From: a virus
Taxonomy: Duplodnaviria > Caudoviricetes
DNA length: 64,000 bases
Strand: one strand, 5' to 3'
IMG/VR virus record: IMGVR_UViG_3300025723_000017
Coordinates: 32,001 to 96,000 of that record
How positions within the stretch are numbered: position 1 is the first letter of the stretch; every line of letters starts with the position of its first letter. Below, piece by piece: positions 49,100 to 58,647 of the stretch. The notes beneath the pieces were generated by a model. It saw nothing but the letters and a program-made list of their open reading frames with translations. It did no database searches and was not told the DNA's origin. Made by a program: the position numbers and the translations under genes.

Positions 49100-49660
49100 A
49101 TGAATATACAATGGATTCTTGCTGATAATCTTATTTTAGATCCCGATATTGATATCGATCGAATGAAAAGTGCCGGGGCATTCTGGGGCTCCTGGAAAAC
49201 ATGGCGAGCATATAATACTGATAATGTAGTTTGTCATGATATATCAAAAGCACAGGAATTGATCAAAAGAGCTTTTCAAGCCAACTGCAATTTTTATATC
49301 GCTAACTCAACATATTTGACACTAGGACGTCCGCAAGGAGTTAAGTTATATGAAGGCGACTTCATGGGACACAATGTTAAAAATCAAGATGAATTGGTAG
49401 CTATGAATTTAGCTGCAAGTATTTGTGATGTTGTATTATTAATGGGATTCAATTGGGAAAATCCCCCATCGACTGCTGATAAAATAGAAGAAGTCAAAGC
49501 CAATAATTACTTAGGATTAGTACACCAAGCTATAAAATCAACCCCCCACGTACAGTGGATATTGATAGATCACACTGCTGACATTCGACAAGATCTATTA
49601 ACCTTACCAAATCTTGAGCAAGATACTTTCGAAAACGTTTTGGCTATTCTTGGTAGTTGA
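49100..49660 (+). CDS. hypothetical protein
   Basis: 186-aa ORF, Rossmann-like 'VVLLMGFN'. Confidence 0.65.
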   Translation: MNIQWILADNLILDPDIDIDRMKSAGAFWGSWKTWRAYNTDNVVCHDISKAQELIKRAFQANCNFYIANSTYLTLGRPQGVKLYEGDFMGHNVKNQDELVAMNLAASICDVVLLMGFNWENPPSTADKIEEVKANNYLGLVHQAIKSTPHVQWILIDHTADIRQDLLTLPNLEQDTFENVLAILGS

Positions 49661-49714
49661 CAAATAACAAATAAGACAGTATTATAACATTATGATGACT
49701 AAGGAGGTCTCAAA

Positions 49715-50041
49715 ATGTTTAAAGATATGTTAGCAATTTTAGGCAGTGTTATCTTAGGAGCACTGCTACTTTTCGGTATCAGCTTTGGCGGATATCAAAT
49801 GTACAAATTCCTTGCACCAAAATATCGTGCTGTAGATAATATGGTGTTCAAAGAAAGCGAACAATATAATGATGGTATGATTCGTGATCTGGAAAATCTC
49901 CAGATGGAATATGTCAACGGTGATGCAGATAAAAAACAAGCACTTCGTGCTATTGTATTGCATCGTTTTAGCGTATATCCACAAGATCGTATGCCACCAA
50001 ATCTTCGTAATTTTTATAATCAACTTAAATCAGGATATTAA
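49715..50041 (+). CDS. membrane-anchored protein
   Basis: TTGACA promoter at 49657, AGGAGG SD, N-terminal TM segment. Confidence 0.75.
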   Translation: MFKDMLAILGSVILGALLLFGISFGGYQMYKFLAPKYRAVDNMVFKESEQYNDGMIRDLENLQMEYVNGDADKKQALRAIVLHRFSVYPQDRMPPNLRNFYNQLKSGY

Positions 50042-50043
50042 TC

Positions 50044-50532
50044 ATGGTTGAAACATTTGTGCTTTTTGCATCCACTTGGTTTATTACCTGGCAAGTACTA
50101 GTAGCATTTTGTATCTTTGGCGTGTGGAGTGAACATTGTGAATCTAGAGGATTTGCGGTATTTTGGGCACTTGCTGCTGCTGTATTGGGATTCTTTTACT
50201 TTAAGATGCCACTAATCCAAGTTGCGATGTATGCTGGAGCATATCTAGTAGTTGGAATTGTATGGAGCTTTTATCGTTACAAACGATTTATCGTTGCTAA
50301 GATTGAATCCATGAAGGAAATGAATCATCGAATGGATCGGATTAGTAATTATCATCCAAGTAATATGCTTAACGCCATTGCAGCATGGATCATTATATGG
50401 CCGTTTAGCTTGATCGAAAATCTGTGTGGGGATATAATTAATGGGATCGAAACACTAGTTAAGAAAGTATTCAAAGGTGTGTATAATCGTATTTACGAAA
50501 ATGCAGTCAAACAAATCAACGTTACCGAATAA
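50044..50532 (+). CDS. membrane protein
   Basis: Several TM segments. Confidence 0.75.
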   Translation: MVETFVLFASTWFITWQVLVAFCIFGVWSEHCESRGFAVFWALAAAVLGFFYFKMPLIQVAMYAGAYLVVGIVWSFYRYKRFIVAKIESMKEMNHRMDRISNYHPSNMLNAIAAWIIIWPFSLIENLCGDIINGIETLVKKVFKGVYNRIYENAVKQINVTE

Positions 50533-50542
50533 GGAATTTGAA

Positions 50543-51037
50543 ATGAAATTAAAACTAATTGCAGTATTCTTCATGGCTTTGGTATTAGCCGGATGCGATG
50601 TACAACAACCAAGTGGCACATCGATTGAACGCAAAAAACAAGCAGAATTAAGCCTGCAAGCAATGCAAACAGTGGGTATGCCAGCCATCGTAAACTTTGC
50701 TGAAAAGCGTATGATGAAAGATATCATGGAATTGCGTGATCAAAATGTAGCAACAACAACTTACATTGTTGACATGAACGGAAAACTACACAAGATTTGT
50801 AATTCGGTCGGGTACGGATTACCCTATGCGACCCAATATACCAATCCACAAATGCCACAAAGAACATATGACGGAGGTTCAGTTTATGTACTGCCACAAG
50901 CCGATCCAAACGGCCTATATAGTCCTGCATCGGCGGATGGTACATGGATATTGTGTGTTGATGGCAAAACTGGTAAACCATCCCCTGTGTTTATGGAACC
51001 ACGTGTTATTGTTAGCCCGATTGCAATCGGCGAATAA
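50543..51037 (+). CDS. lipoprotein
   Basis: Lipobox LAGC; SD AAGGA. Confidence 0.8.
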   Translation: MKLKLIAVFFMALVLAGCDVQQPSGTSIERKKQAELSLQAMQTVGMPAIVNFAEKRMMKDIMELRDQNVATTTYIVDMNGKLHKICNSVGYGLPYATQYTNPQMPQRTYDGGSVYVLPQADPNGLYSPASADGTWILCVDGKTGKPSPVFMEPRVIVSPIAIGE

Positions 51038-51060
51038 TGATTGTATAATTAGAAAAGAAC

Positions 51061-51267
51061 TTGCTTACTTTACTTTCTAAACATCCAGTCAACTTAGACC
51101 AGTTGGGAAAAATGGTTAAATATTGTAGACAAACTTTAGGCGAACGTGGCAAGCAATGGGACTATGACGGCGGATTCCGAGTACGATTTAATTTCAAAGA
51201 AGAAAAAGATCGTACTTGGTTTTATTTTATTTTTGCACCTTACTTAGAAGATCCACATGAAAGGTAA
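51061..51267 (+). CDS. small hypothetical protein
   Basis: Resembles the 59309/59808 family. Confidence 0.55.
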   Translation: MLTLLSKHPVNLDQLGKMVKYCRQTLGERGKQWDYDGGFRVRFNFKEEKDRTWFYFIFAPYLEDPHER

Positions 51268-52303
51268 ACTAGGATTCGCTTGTAAATGGATTGATACTCC
51301 AGAACAAGTTAATGGCATTAAAGCAACAGACGATGCTAAGAAGTACAACACAGGTGGAACTACAGTAGCTTGGCTTAGTCGCCAATCTAAAGTAGTTGCT
51401 GAACAAAAGCTATGGGATTTAATGACTCAAAACATTGAGTCAACCTATCAACTAGTTAAAAGGGTAAGTGAATTAGATGAGCAGCTTCGCATGGTTCGTA
51501 TTAGTAGTGATATCCTACCAGTGTATACTCACCGGGATTGGAGTTATTTTTGGTGTCAGTCTGACGTTAGGCATTATGCTGAACAGGCGTTTGCTAAAAT
51601 TGGCATGTTGGCTCGTGAGCGTGGGGTGCGTCTTAGCTTTCATCCTGGCCAGTTCACAGTTTTGGCTTCAGATAGTGAAGACATTGTTTCTAGATCAATA
51701 GAGGAGTTTGAATATCATGCAGACATGGCTAGATGGATGGGCTACGGCCAAAAATTCCAAGACTTTAAAATCAACGTCCACATTGCTGGGCGGCAAGGGC
51801 CAGAAGGAATCAGGCGTGTATTGGGACGCCTTAGCCCCGAAGCCCGTAATACCATTACTATTGAAAACGAAGAAAACGCTTGGGGATTAGATGATTGTCT
51901 TACTATCAGTGATATCGTGCCTATTGTTCTTGACGTCCATCACCATTGGTGTCGTGAGGGCGAATACCTCGCAACTGGGGATGATCGCGTACAACGTGTG
52001 CTGGATAGCTGGCGTGGTGTTAGGCCTACTATGCACTATTCTGTAAGCCGCGAAGATTGGCTTCCTGGACATGACGTAACCACATTACCTGATTACAAAT
52101 CATTATTAGAATCTGGACACAAAAAACAGAAACTTAGGGCGCATAGTGATTTTTATTGGAATCGTGCTGTTAACACTTGGGCTTTGGGATTTTTAGATCA
52201 ATTTGATATCATGTGTGAATCAAAAGGTAAAAATCTATCTAGTTATACATTATATGAGCAAATGAAAAATGGAATGGATCACGCCAGTTTGGCAGTATAT
52301 TAA
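51257..52303 (+). CDS. uvsE: UV-damage endonuclease UVDE
   Basis: GFAC, RISSD, HPGQFTVL, IEN, DVHHH, HSD, E.KGK. Confidence 0.93.
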   Translation: MKGKLGFACKWIDTPEQVNGIKATDDAKKYNTGGTTVAWLSRQSKVVAEQKLWDLMTQNIESTYQLVKRVSELDEQLRMVRISSDILPVYTHRDWSYFWCQSDVRHYAEQAFAKIGMLARERGVRLSFHPGQFTVLASDSEDIVSRSIEEFEYHADMARWMGYGQKFQDFKINVHIAGRQGPEGIRRVLGRLSPEARNTITIENEENAWGLDDCLTISDIVPIVLDVHHHWCREGEYLATGDDRVQRVLDSWRGVRPTMHYSVSREDWLPGHDVTTLPDYKSLLESGHKKQKLRAHSDFYWNRAVNTWALGFLDQFDIMCESKGKNLSSYTLYEQMKNGMDHASLAVY

Positions 52304-52559
52304 ACAAGATTGGAACAGTAATCGAACGAGATTTCTCGCGGAAGTATTTGCTTGGACCTGTTCTGTAGTTAGTGCTCTGATATTTGCTTTTACTGCGCCT
52401 AATATTCCTATTGTACCACTTTATATGATTTTTATTAGCGGGTGTTGCGCAAGTGGATGGGCATGTTGGACCAGACGGAGCTTCGGTCTAATGGCAAACT
52501 CCGTCTTTTTGGTCACTATTGATTCAATTGGATTAATTCGTATGCTGATTATTCAGTAG
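52269..52559 (+). CDS. small membrane protein
   Basis: Three TM segments. Confidence 0.7.
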   Translation: MEWITPVWQYIKQDWNSNRTRFLAEVFAWTCSVVSALIFAFTAPNIPIVPLYMIFISGCCASGWACWTRRSFGLMANSVFLVTIDSIGLIRMLIIQ

Positions 52560-52830
52560 TTTTCTTAGCACGTTTTGTAGCTGGTTTCTTTTCAGACGGA
52601 GCTTTTTTTGCAGCCGTCTTTTTTACGGATGACTTTTTAGCTTTTGTCACTGCTGACTTTACTTCAGCAACAGTATCAATACCTAGGTCTGCTGCTTTTG
52701 CAACTACCGCTGGTGCAATAGTAACCTTGACCCCTTCTACTACAATGGGTGGTTCAATCTTATATGGTGCTGCTGGCGTAGTATCTACAGTTTTAATTCC
52801 AAATACACGCTTAATAAATGTTAATAGCAT
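52549..52830 (-). CDS. protein with Lys/Ala-rich histone-like tail
   Basis: AGGAG SD; KKTAAKKAP..KKPA. Confidence 0.7.
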   Translation of the reverse strand: MLLTFIKRVFGIKTVDTTPAAPYKIEPPIVVEGVKVTIAPAVVAKAADLGIDTVAEVKSAVTKAKKSSVKKTAAKKAPSEKKPATKRAKKTTE

Positions 52831-52879
52831 AATGCTCTCCTGTTATATTATATTTAACTCTTTTGACGTATAGTTATAA

Positions 52880-53344
52880 TTATTCTACAATAAAGTAGTT
52901 TGATTTTTGATTATTTTCAAAATAAGGAATGACACGAAGATTATTCTCTACATGGAGACCGCATACCAAAGGATGCCTTAGTGGCACAATATGATCAACG
53001 TGATAGGCAATACCTGTTTCTTTAGTTAGCCTTTTGGCTTCTTTATAAAATTCTTTAATGGCATTTTTATCTGCCCACTTCGGTGTGACAAATGATTTTA
53101 AGTTTATTCCATATCTTGCACAACGCCAGTCATTAGTTGGTTTATTTCCAGATTTCACACTATCAGCATCGATTAATTTTACACCTGGTATTGTCATAGC
53201 TATACCATTTTTCCAATCAGATCTTGGAGGCTTAATAGCTGGCATAGAAGGAAGCATTCCTATACCTCTTTCTTTTTTAATTCTTTTAGGCAATATAGGA
53301 CCAACAAAAGTTCTTTTAAATTTAGCGTATTCTCTACTATTCAT
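52880..53344 (-). CDS. HNH endonuclease
   Basis: TPKWAD, HVDHIVPL, CGLHV..NL, N..K.N. Confidence 0.88.
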   Translation of the reverse strand: MNSREYAKFKRTFVGPILPKRIKKERGIGMLPSMPAIKPPRSDWKNGIAMTIPGVKLIDADSVKSGNKPTNDWRCARYGINLKSFVTPKWADKNAIKEFYKEAKRLTKETGIAYHVDHIVPLRHPLVCGLHVENNLRVIPYFENNQKSNYFIVE

Positions 53345-53390
53345 AAAATTATTTATGTTTATCTTGAAAGAACATAGTATAATTACTAAT

Positions 53391-53408
53391 TATGTGCAGC
53401 CGCACATA
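53391..53408. promoter_or_regulatory. palindromic operator (PhaR-box-like TGC-N4-GCA)
   Basis: TATGTGC-AGCC-GCACATA. Confidence 0.55.
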
Positions 53409-53449
53409 AATAAATACTAGTAGAAGTACTAATATAAGGAAATCACAAA

Positions 53450-53608
53450 ATGAAAACTTTTTTAAAATGGATCACAAGTCTATTCGCAACACCAACTTAC
53501 GGCCAACGTTTAGAAGCGTTCATTGTAAGTAAACACCCGGTTAATCATGCAGATGTTGAGCACTGGGCAAATGCATTTGAACGTGCCACAAGCAAAGGAT
53601 TAGTATAA
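53450..53608 (+). CDS. 52-aa protein, DUF3563-like (not in ORF track)
   Basis: SD TAAGGA; MKTFLKW...LEAFI...ADVEHW..FER. Confidence 0.65.
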   Translation: MKTFLKWITSLFATPTYGQRLEAFIVSKHPVNHADVEHWANAFERATSKGLV

Positions 53609-53697
53609 TGAAAAAATTCTTGAAAAACATTTGGGAAGTATTTGTGGAATCAAGAATGGCAGCTGCCAAAGCTACTATTCGTTACTATAATTATTAA
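53608..53697 (+). CDS. 29-aa amphipathic peptide
   Basis: TAATG coupling; MKKFLKNIWEVFVESR. Confidence 0.5.
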   Translation: MKKFLKNIWEVFVESRMAAAKATIRYYNY

Positions 53698-53715
53698 TCA
53701 TATTGTTCAAACTAC

Positions 53716-53744
53716 TTGACAAAAATGTGCAGTTGCAATATAAT
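53716..53744 (+). promoter_or_regulatory. sigma70 promoter with TGC-N4-GCA box in the spacer
   Basis: TTGACA-17-TATAAT containing TGTGCAGTTGCAAT. Confidence 0.75.
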
Positions 53745-53819
53745 ATAAATAAGATAGAGAACAGTTAGTGCCGAATGGGTCGGGCTAACATAAAAGCTCG
53801 CTTAATTTAGGAGTTCACT

Positions 53820-54062
53820 ATGGAATTTATGAAAACACTTAATGAAGTACTTGATCCAATTAAAATGATTGATCAAGCTGAAAAAAACATGTCCTACATG
53901 ATTGGATATGTACAACCAAAGGAATTGGCATCTGCACTGACAAAGTTGACAGAAGCTAATGCTAAGTTTGCCAAAACTAATTTAGAAACTTTGAAAACTG
54001 TTGTTGACGTAGTTAAAGATAACACAACAAAGTTTACTAAGAGTTTTGACAAAACTGCCTAA
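53820..54062 (+). CDS. amphipathic helical protein, phasin-like
   Basis: All-helical Ala/Thr/Lys-rich; operator context. Confidence 0.45.
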   Translation: MEFMKTLNEVLDPIKMIDQAEKNMSYMIGYVQPKELASALTKLTEANAKFAKTNLETLKTVVDVVKDNTTKFTKSFDKTA

Positions 54063-54083
54063 TAATTAGTATATCCCTGATAC

Positions 54084-54116
54084 AAAAAGCCCTTATACAA
54101 CAAAGGGCTTTTTTTT
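54084..54116 (+). terminator. intrinsic (bidirectional-type) terminator
   Basis: AAAAAGCCCTT...AAGGGCTTTTTTTT. Confidence 0.85.
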
Positions 54117-54118
54117 GA

Positions 54119-54147
54119 TTGACATTTGGCTTGATTTTGAGTATAAT
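54119..54147 (+). promoter_or_regulatory. sigma70 promoter
   Basis: TTGACA-17-TATAAT. Confidence 0.85.
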
Positions 54148-54192
54148 ATAGTAGTAATAATTTTTTTCCATTAATCAATCAAGGAACTTGAC

Positions 54193-54483
54193 ATGAAATC
54201 AGGTATTTTAATTTTAGCGGTAAGCGTTGCTATTGTGTCTTTGGCAGGATGCAGTTCAACTCCTGAGTATCATGCTGTAACACAGGAATCTGTTGCGGTA
54301 TATGAAAGACATGATTTTAGAGAAATTCAACAACGTGCAAGACTAAAGGCCATGGCACAGGCACGAGCTCGCGGTGCAAGTAGAGTAGAAGCTGAAACTA
54401 TCGGAGCCGATGCAGGTAATCGCGCAGGTGTAGCAGCTTTTGAAGAATTCAATAGTCCACGAAAGTATGCACGCGGAAATTAA
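54193..54483 (+). CDS. lipoprotein
   Basis: Lipobox LAGC. Confidence 0.8.
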   Translation: MKSGILILAVSVAIVSLAGCSSTPEYHAVTQESVAVYERHDFREIQQRARLKAMAQARARGASRVEAETIGADAGNRAGVAAFEEFNSPRKYARGN

Positions 54484-54497
54484 TCAATAAATTTTGG

Positions 54498-54526
54498 TTG
54501 ACATTACGACTATTCGATAGTATAAT
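54498..54526 (+). promoter_or_regulatory. sigma70 promoter
   Basis: TTGACA-17-TATAAT. Confidence 0.85.
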
Positions 54527-54573
54527 GTCTTGTAGTAGTAAAACAATTTTTCACTTAACTATAAAGGTTTATT

Positions 54574-55365
54574 ATGAAACAACGTATTTTAATGTTATTA
54601 ACAGTTGGTGTATTTGCACTAATCACTGGCTGTACATCAGCACCACAAAAACATACTGTATCATATGATACAAAGTCAACTCAAGAAGATGCTACTAGAT
54701 ATAATGACAGTGACGACTCAAGTGAAACTGCATCAGCTGACTCTGAGGCACAGGGTGATAATGCTCGTGGTGCTATTGCTGACCAACGTTTGGCCATGTC
54801 TGAATTTAAGAAAGATGGTGTAAAAATTATTTACGATCTTAAAGGACGTATTGTAGCCATCGAAGTTACGGGCTATGCAGCCACGTGGGGAGGTTCACAT
54901 AATGCAGGACGTGAAGCGTATCGTATCGCTGAACTGGAAGCTAAAAAATCCCTAAATGATTTTATTCATAAAGAAACTATTATTTCCAAAACTTCGGTTG
55001 TTATGATCTCTGAAAATTTAGAACATGCACAAGATAATGTAGATAATAAATTATCCACTAGTAAGAAATCTAAAAACAACGAAGAGAAATCTGTCGACGA
55101 ACTAGTGGCTACAGATGATGACGCACGTAATCGAATTGAGAACGAACAGGTTGATGATCAATCTCAAACACTGCGTAACAATGCGGCACGTATTGCCAAC
55201 CGACTGCGTACCACCATCATTGCATCCAATCGAGGTATTATCTCAGGGCTGTACTATAAAGAAGGTGGCATTATCGATGGTGGCAAAGCTGTCAAGGTTG
55301 TGATGCGTTGGGATAAAAAACATAATTCATCGCGCCTTGAAATTGGCCGTATGATGAATATGTAA
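54574..55365 (+). CDS. lipoprotein (LPP20-like)
   Basis: Lipobox ITGC; 'A..IAELEAK..L..FI'. Confidence 0.65.
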   Translation: MKQRILMLLTVGVFALITGCTSAPQKHTVSYDTKSTQEDATRYNDSDDSSETASADSEAQGDNARGAIADQRLAMSEFKKDGVKIIYDLKGRIVAIEVTGYAATWGGSHNAGREAYRIAELEAKKSLNDFIHKETIISKTSVVMISENLEHAQDNVDNKLSTSKKSKNNEEKSVDELVATDDDARNRIENEQVDDQSQTLRNNAARIANRLRTTIIASNRGIISGLYYKEGGIIDGGKAVKVVMRWDKKHNSSRLEIGRMMNM

Positions 55366-55369
55366 TATC

Positions 55370-56443
55370 ATGTTAAGATACGTTGCATCTTTAGTTCTGG
55401 CTTTACTGACTTCAGTGAGCCAGGCTCAAATATTACCCATAGTAGCACAAGTTCCATTTGGCACAATCGTCACTATTGGACGCTGGCTTACTGAAAATCC
55501 CGATCCAGTTTACTATATAGAAGTTGTGGGTGTGGGCCGTACCGTAGAAGAATCCAAATTAAATGGATTTAGATTGGCAGTGGAACAGGCTGTGGGTTCT
55601 GTACTGGCATCCGAAACAGTGGTAAATGATGCACGGTTAACTCGTGATGAAATTATTTCCTATGCATCCGGATACATAACTCAATTTACTATAGTTGATC
55701 AAACATACGATGCCAATAACGCATCGCGTACAACAATGAAGGTATGGATTAAGAAAAGTATTCTTGCCAATCGTCTGCTACATGAAAGCTCAGCCGCAGG
55801 TGATTTAGAAGGAGCCAAAGCTGCTGTTAATTTGTCATCGTTCCAGTATGAACGAGAGCAAGGGGACAGACTAGTTGGCACTGTGTTAAATGATTTTTAT
55901 CGAATGGGAATGAATATTGAGCTAAAGCCAGCACGTATATCCTTTGATGACGAACGTAACGGCCTAGTGGAAATTCCTTTTCGATTAAGCTGGGATTCTA
56001 AATATATCAATTCACTGTTGGCAGCATATCAAGCCACTGCCCAAAATTCCAGTTACAACCTATGCAGAATCAATTGCAACGGTATCATATCGAATGTCAA
56101 TATATCAGGCATAGTATTGCAGTTTTCCGATGCTGCCAAAGTACAGGCCTTAATTGATGTTATGATATCATCTGAGCCTCAAATTGAACTTACTCTAAGT
56201 TCACTACAGGGTCAAGTGGTGGTTAAACAATGTTTTCATTGGCCTGAATTGGATCATGTGGAAAACGGGCATGTACGTGGTGGGTATTTTGTTACCGTTT
56301 CTCCTATAAGTCCCAATAACGTAGCCGTGAATGGTAATTTTTATATGAATTCTGCGGTTCAAATTAAAACTTCTGCCGAACAATTGAAATTGGCCAGCAA
56401 GGTACAATTGAAATTAGTGCCAGCAGCCAAGTGTTCTGCTTAA
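55370..56443 (+). CDS. exported protein with LPP20/FlgT-N-like domain
   Basis: Signal peptide; 'V.G.G.T.EE....AVEQAVG..L.SET'. Confidence 0.6.
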   Translation: MLRYVASLVLALLTSVSQAQILPIVAQVPFGTIVTIGRWLTENPDPVYYIEVVGVGRTVEESKLNGFRLAVEQAVGSVLASETVVNDARLTRDEIISYASGYITQFTIVDQTYDANNASRTTMKVWIKKSILANRLLHESSAAGDLEGAKAAVNLSSFQYEREQGDRLVGTVLNDFYRMGMNIELKPARISFDDERNGLVEIPFRLSWDSKYINSLLAAYQATAQNSSYNLCRINCNGIISNVNISGIVLQFSDAAKVQALIDVMISSEPQIELTLSSLQGQVVVKQCFHWPELDHVENGHVRGGYFVTVSPISPNNVAVNGNFYMNSAVQIKTSAEQLKLASKVQLKLVPAAKCSA

Positions 56444-56528
56444 ATTTTGTCACATGATATGTGCCATAAATATTTGCTGTTGGCCCGATCTACAGTAAAA
56501 TATATGCAGTTAACCTAGCAGAGCAAAT

Positions 56529-57110
56529 ATGACATCAACTATCTCAGAAGCAGACATCAGTAGCAAAGAACCTGGACAATTATTACAAGATTCGGGTATG
56601 TATGTATTCATGGATGAAGTGAATAATGAAACTATCAAACCCATTGTTGAATGGATACTCTGTGCCAATCATACGGCAAAGAAAAAACGTAAAGAATTAT
56701 TATTGATGATTTGCAGCGAAGGTGGCAGTATGGATCATGCATTTGCCCTAATTGATGTCATGCGTAGCAGCTCCATACCAATTAAAACAGTGGGCTTAGG
56801 TACAATTGCCAGTTCTGGATTGCTGATATTTTTAGCCGGTACTCGGGGTCGTAGAATATTAACTCCCAATACCAGTATATTAAGTCATCAATATTCAGCA
56901 TATACCGAAGGCAAACACCACGAATTATTTTCCATAGCCAAAGAATTTAATTTAGCCAATGAACGTATGGTGGAACATTATCGTGAAACTACAGGTTTAG
57001 ATGAAGCCACTATTAAATCGCAACTACTGCCCACTAGTGATGTTTGGCTTACAGCAGAAGAAGCATTGGCCTTGGGCATTTGCGACTACATAAGTGACCT
57101 TAAAAAATAA
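56529..57110 (+). CDS. divergent ClpP-family protease
   Basis: SEGGS, IASSG (Ser), SHQ (His), SDVWL (Asp), AEEA..LG..D. Confidence 0.88.
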   Translation: MTSTISEADISSKEPGQLLQDSGMYVFMDEVNNETIKPIVEWILCANHTAKKKRKELLLMICSEGGSMDHAFALIDVMRSSSIPIKTVGLGTIASSGLLIFLAGTRGRRILTPNTSILSHQYSAYTEGKHHELFSIAKEFNLANERMVEHYRETTGLDEATIKSQLLPTSDVWLTAEEALALGICDYISDLKK

Positions 57111-57120
57111 TAAATAACTA

Positions 57121-58545
57121 ATGCGTTATTATGAATTCCGTTATCTAATAGAAGGTTATCCACAAGCACAAGCTGCTTTTATACAAGCAGGTGCCGACAC
57201 AGCCTCTGTACAAAAAACTATAGCCGACTTCAAACAATTAGTTACACGCAATCAAATAAAAGACATTAATCAAAAGAACATAGACTGGTGGGCAAAACAA
57301 GGTTGGGATAAGTTTAGCCAATTTGTCAATCAAGCAGCAGCCGTACCCAGTAAATCTCAAATTGAAAAAAAGAAATTACCCGGACAAAGTATTAATTTAG
57401 TTGATAATGCTCAATGGTTTATAGTAATTCCACTTGATAAAGATGCCAGTTGTTTTCATGGGAAAAATTCAGATTGGTGTACTACAAAAGTACATCAAAG
57501 TTATTTTGAACAATATTTTTATAATAGACAAGTAACTCTAATATATTGCTTTAATAAATCAACCGGCGGTATGTGGGCCATAGCCGTACATAAAGACACA
57601 GATAAATTCGAAATGTTTGATCAGAAAGATAGAAGTTTAACAGTAGATGAATTTAAACGACAAACCGGGTTAGATCCTGCTCAACTACGTGATATGGCCT
57701 TAGGTGATGTACATCAACCTAAAGTACAAGCCACACGTGATAAATGGAAAGATTCCAAAGCATTGACTAATAAATTATTGAATGACTTACCAGAAAAAAC
57801 TAGATCATCTGAGATAGAAAAACAATTGCTATATAATAAATCTAGAAATGAATGCCTGAAGTATATTCGCAAGATCGGATCAATTGATTCTAATGATTTT
57901 CCATTGGCAATAGAGATAGCAGCAGTTTCACTAGATAGTCATGCAATACAACATATTAAAAATCCAAAACCTATTGTGCAAAAAACAGCAGTTTCACAAT
58001 ATGGTGGAGCAATACAATATATTATCGAAGCTGGTATTACACCCACGGAAGCAGTACAAATAGCAGCAGTTTCAAATGATGGTAGTGCAATAGTTTATAT
58101 TATCGACGCTGGTATTACGCCTAGTGAAGCGGTACAACGGGCAGCAGTTTCACAATATGGTGGAGCAATACTATATATTATCCGCGCTGGTATTACGCCT
58201 AGTGAAGCGGTACAAAAGGCAGCAGTTTCAAATGATGGTAGTGCAATAGTTTATATTATCGACGCTGGTATTACGCCTAGTGAAGCAGTGCAAATAGCAG
58301 CAGTTTCACAATATGGTGGAGCAATACTATATATTATCCGCGCTGGTATTACGCCCACGGAAGCGGTACAAAAAACAGCAGTTTCACAACTTGGTCGTGT
58401 AATACGATATATTATCGACGCTGGGATTAAACCCACGGAAGCAGTACAAATAGCAGCAGTTTCAAATGATGGGCTTGCAATAGAATTTATTATCGACGCT
58501 GGTATTACGCCCAGTAAAGCGGTAAGGCGAGCGTATTACAGCTAG
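57121..58545 (+). CDS. probable head protein with 26-aa helical repeats (DUF4116-like)
   Basis: TAAATA promoter, MRYYEF start, 'ASC..G....WCT', repeats AVS..G.AI.YII.AGITP.EAVQ. Confidence 0.7.
   Translation: MRYYEFRYLIEGYPQAQAAFIQAGADTASVQKTIADFKQLVTRNQIKDINQKNIDWWAKQGWDKFSQFVNQAAAVPSKSQIEKKKLPGQSINLVDNAQWFIVIPLDKDASCFHGKNSDWCTTKVHQSYFEQYFYNRQVTLIYCFNKSTGGMWAIAVHKDTDKFEMFDQKDRSLTVDEFKRQTGLDPAQLRDMALGDVHQPKVQATRDKWKDSKALTNKLLNDLPEKTRSSEIEKQLLYNKSRNECLKYIRKIGSIDSNDFPLAIEIAAVSLDSHAIQHIKNPKPIVQKTAVSQYGGAIQYIIEAGITPTEAVQIAAVSNDGSAIVYIIDAGITPSEAVQRAAVSQYGGAILYIIRAGITPSEAVQKAAVSNDGSAIVYIIDAGITPSEAVQIAAVSQYGGAILYIIRAGITPTEAVQKTAVSQLGRVIRYIIDAGIKPTEAVQIAAVSNDGLAIEFIIDAGITPSKAVRRAYYS
57986..58530 (+). 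repeat. seven 78-bp coding tandem repeats
   Basis: CAGCAGTTTCA...GGTATTACGCC recurs every 78 bp. Confidence 0.9.
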
Positions 58546-58647
58546 TGAAGCAGTAATCCAAGCAGCTGGCAAAAGATAACCATACCGTTTGACAATATAA
58601 TGTAGCCGTGTTACTATAACTTAACATTAACATTATAAGGAAGTTGA

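Noticed and set aside
57986-58530. 78-bp repeats as CRISPR or a DGR template
   Set aside because: In-frame coding repeats; no cas or reverse transcriptase gene in the window
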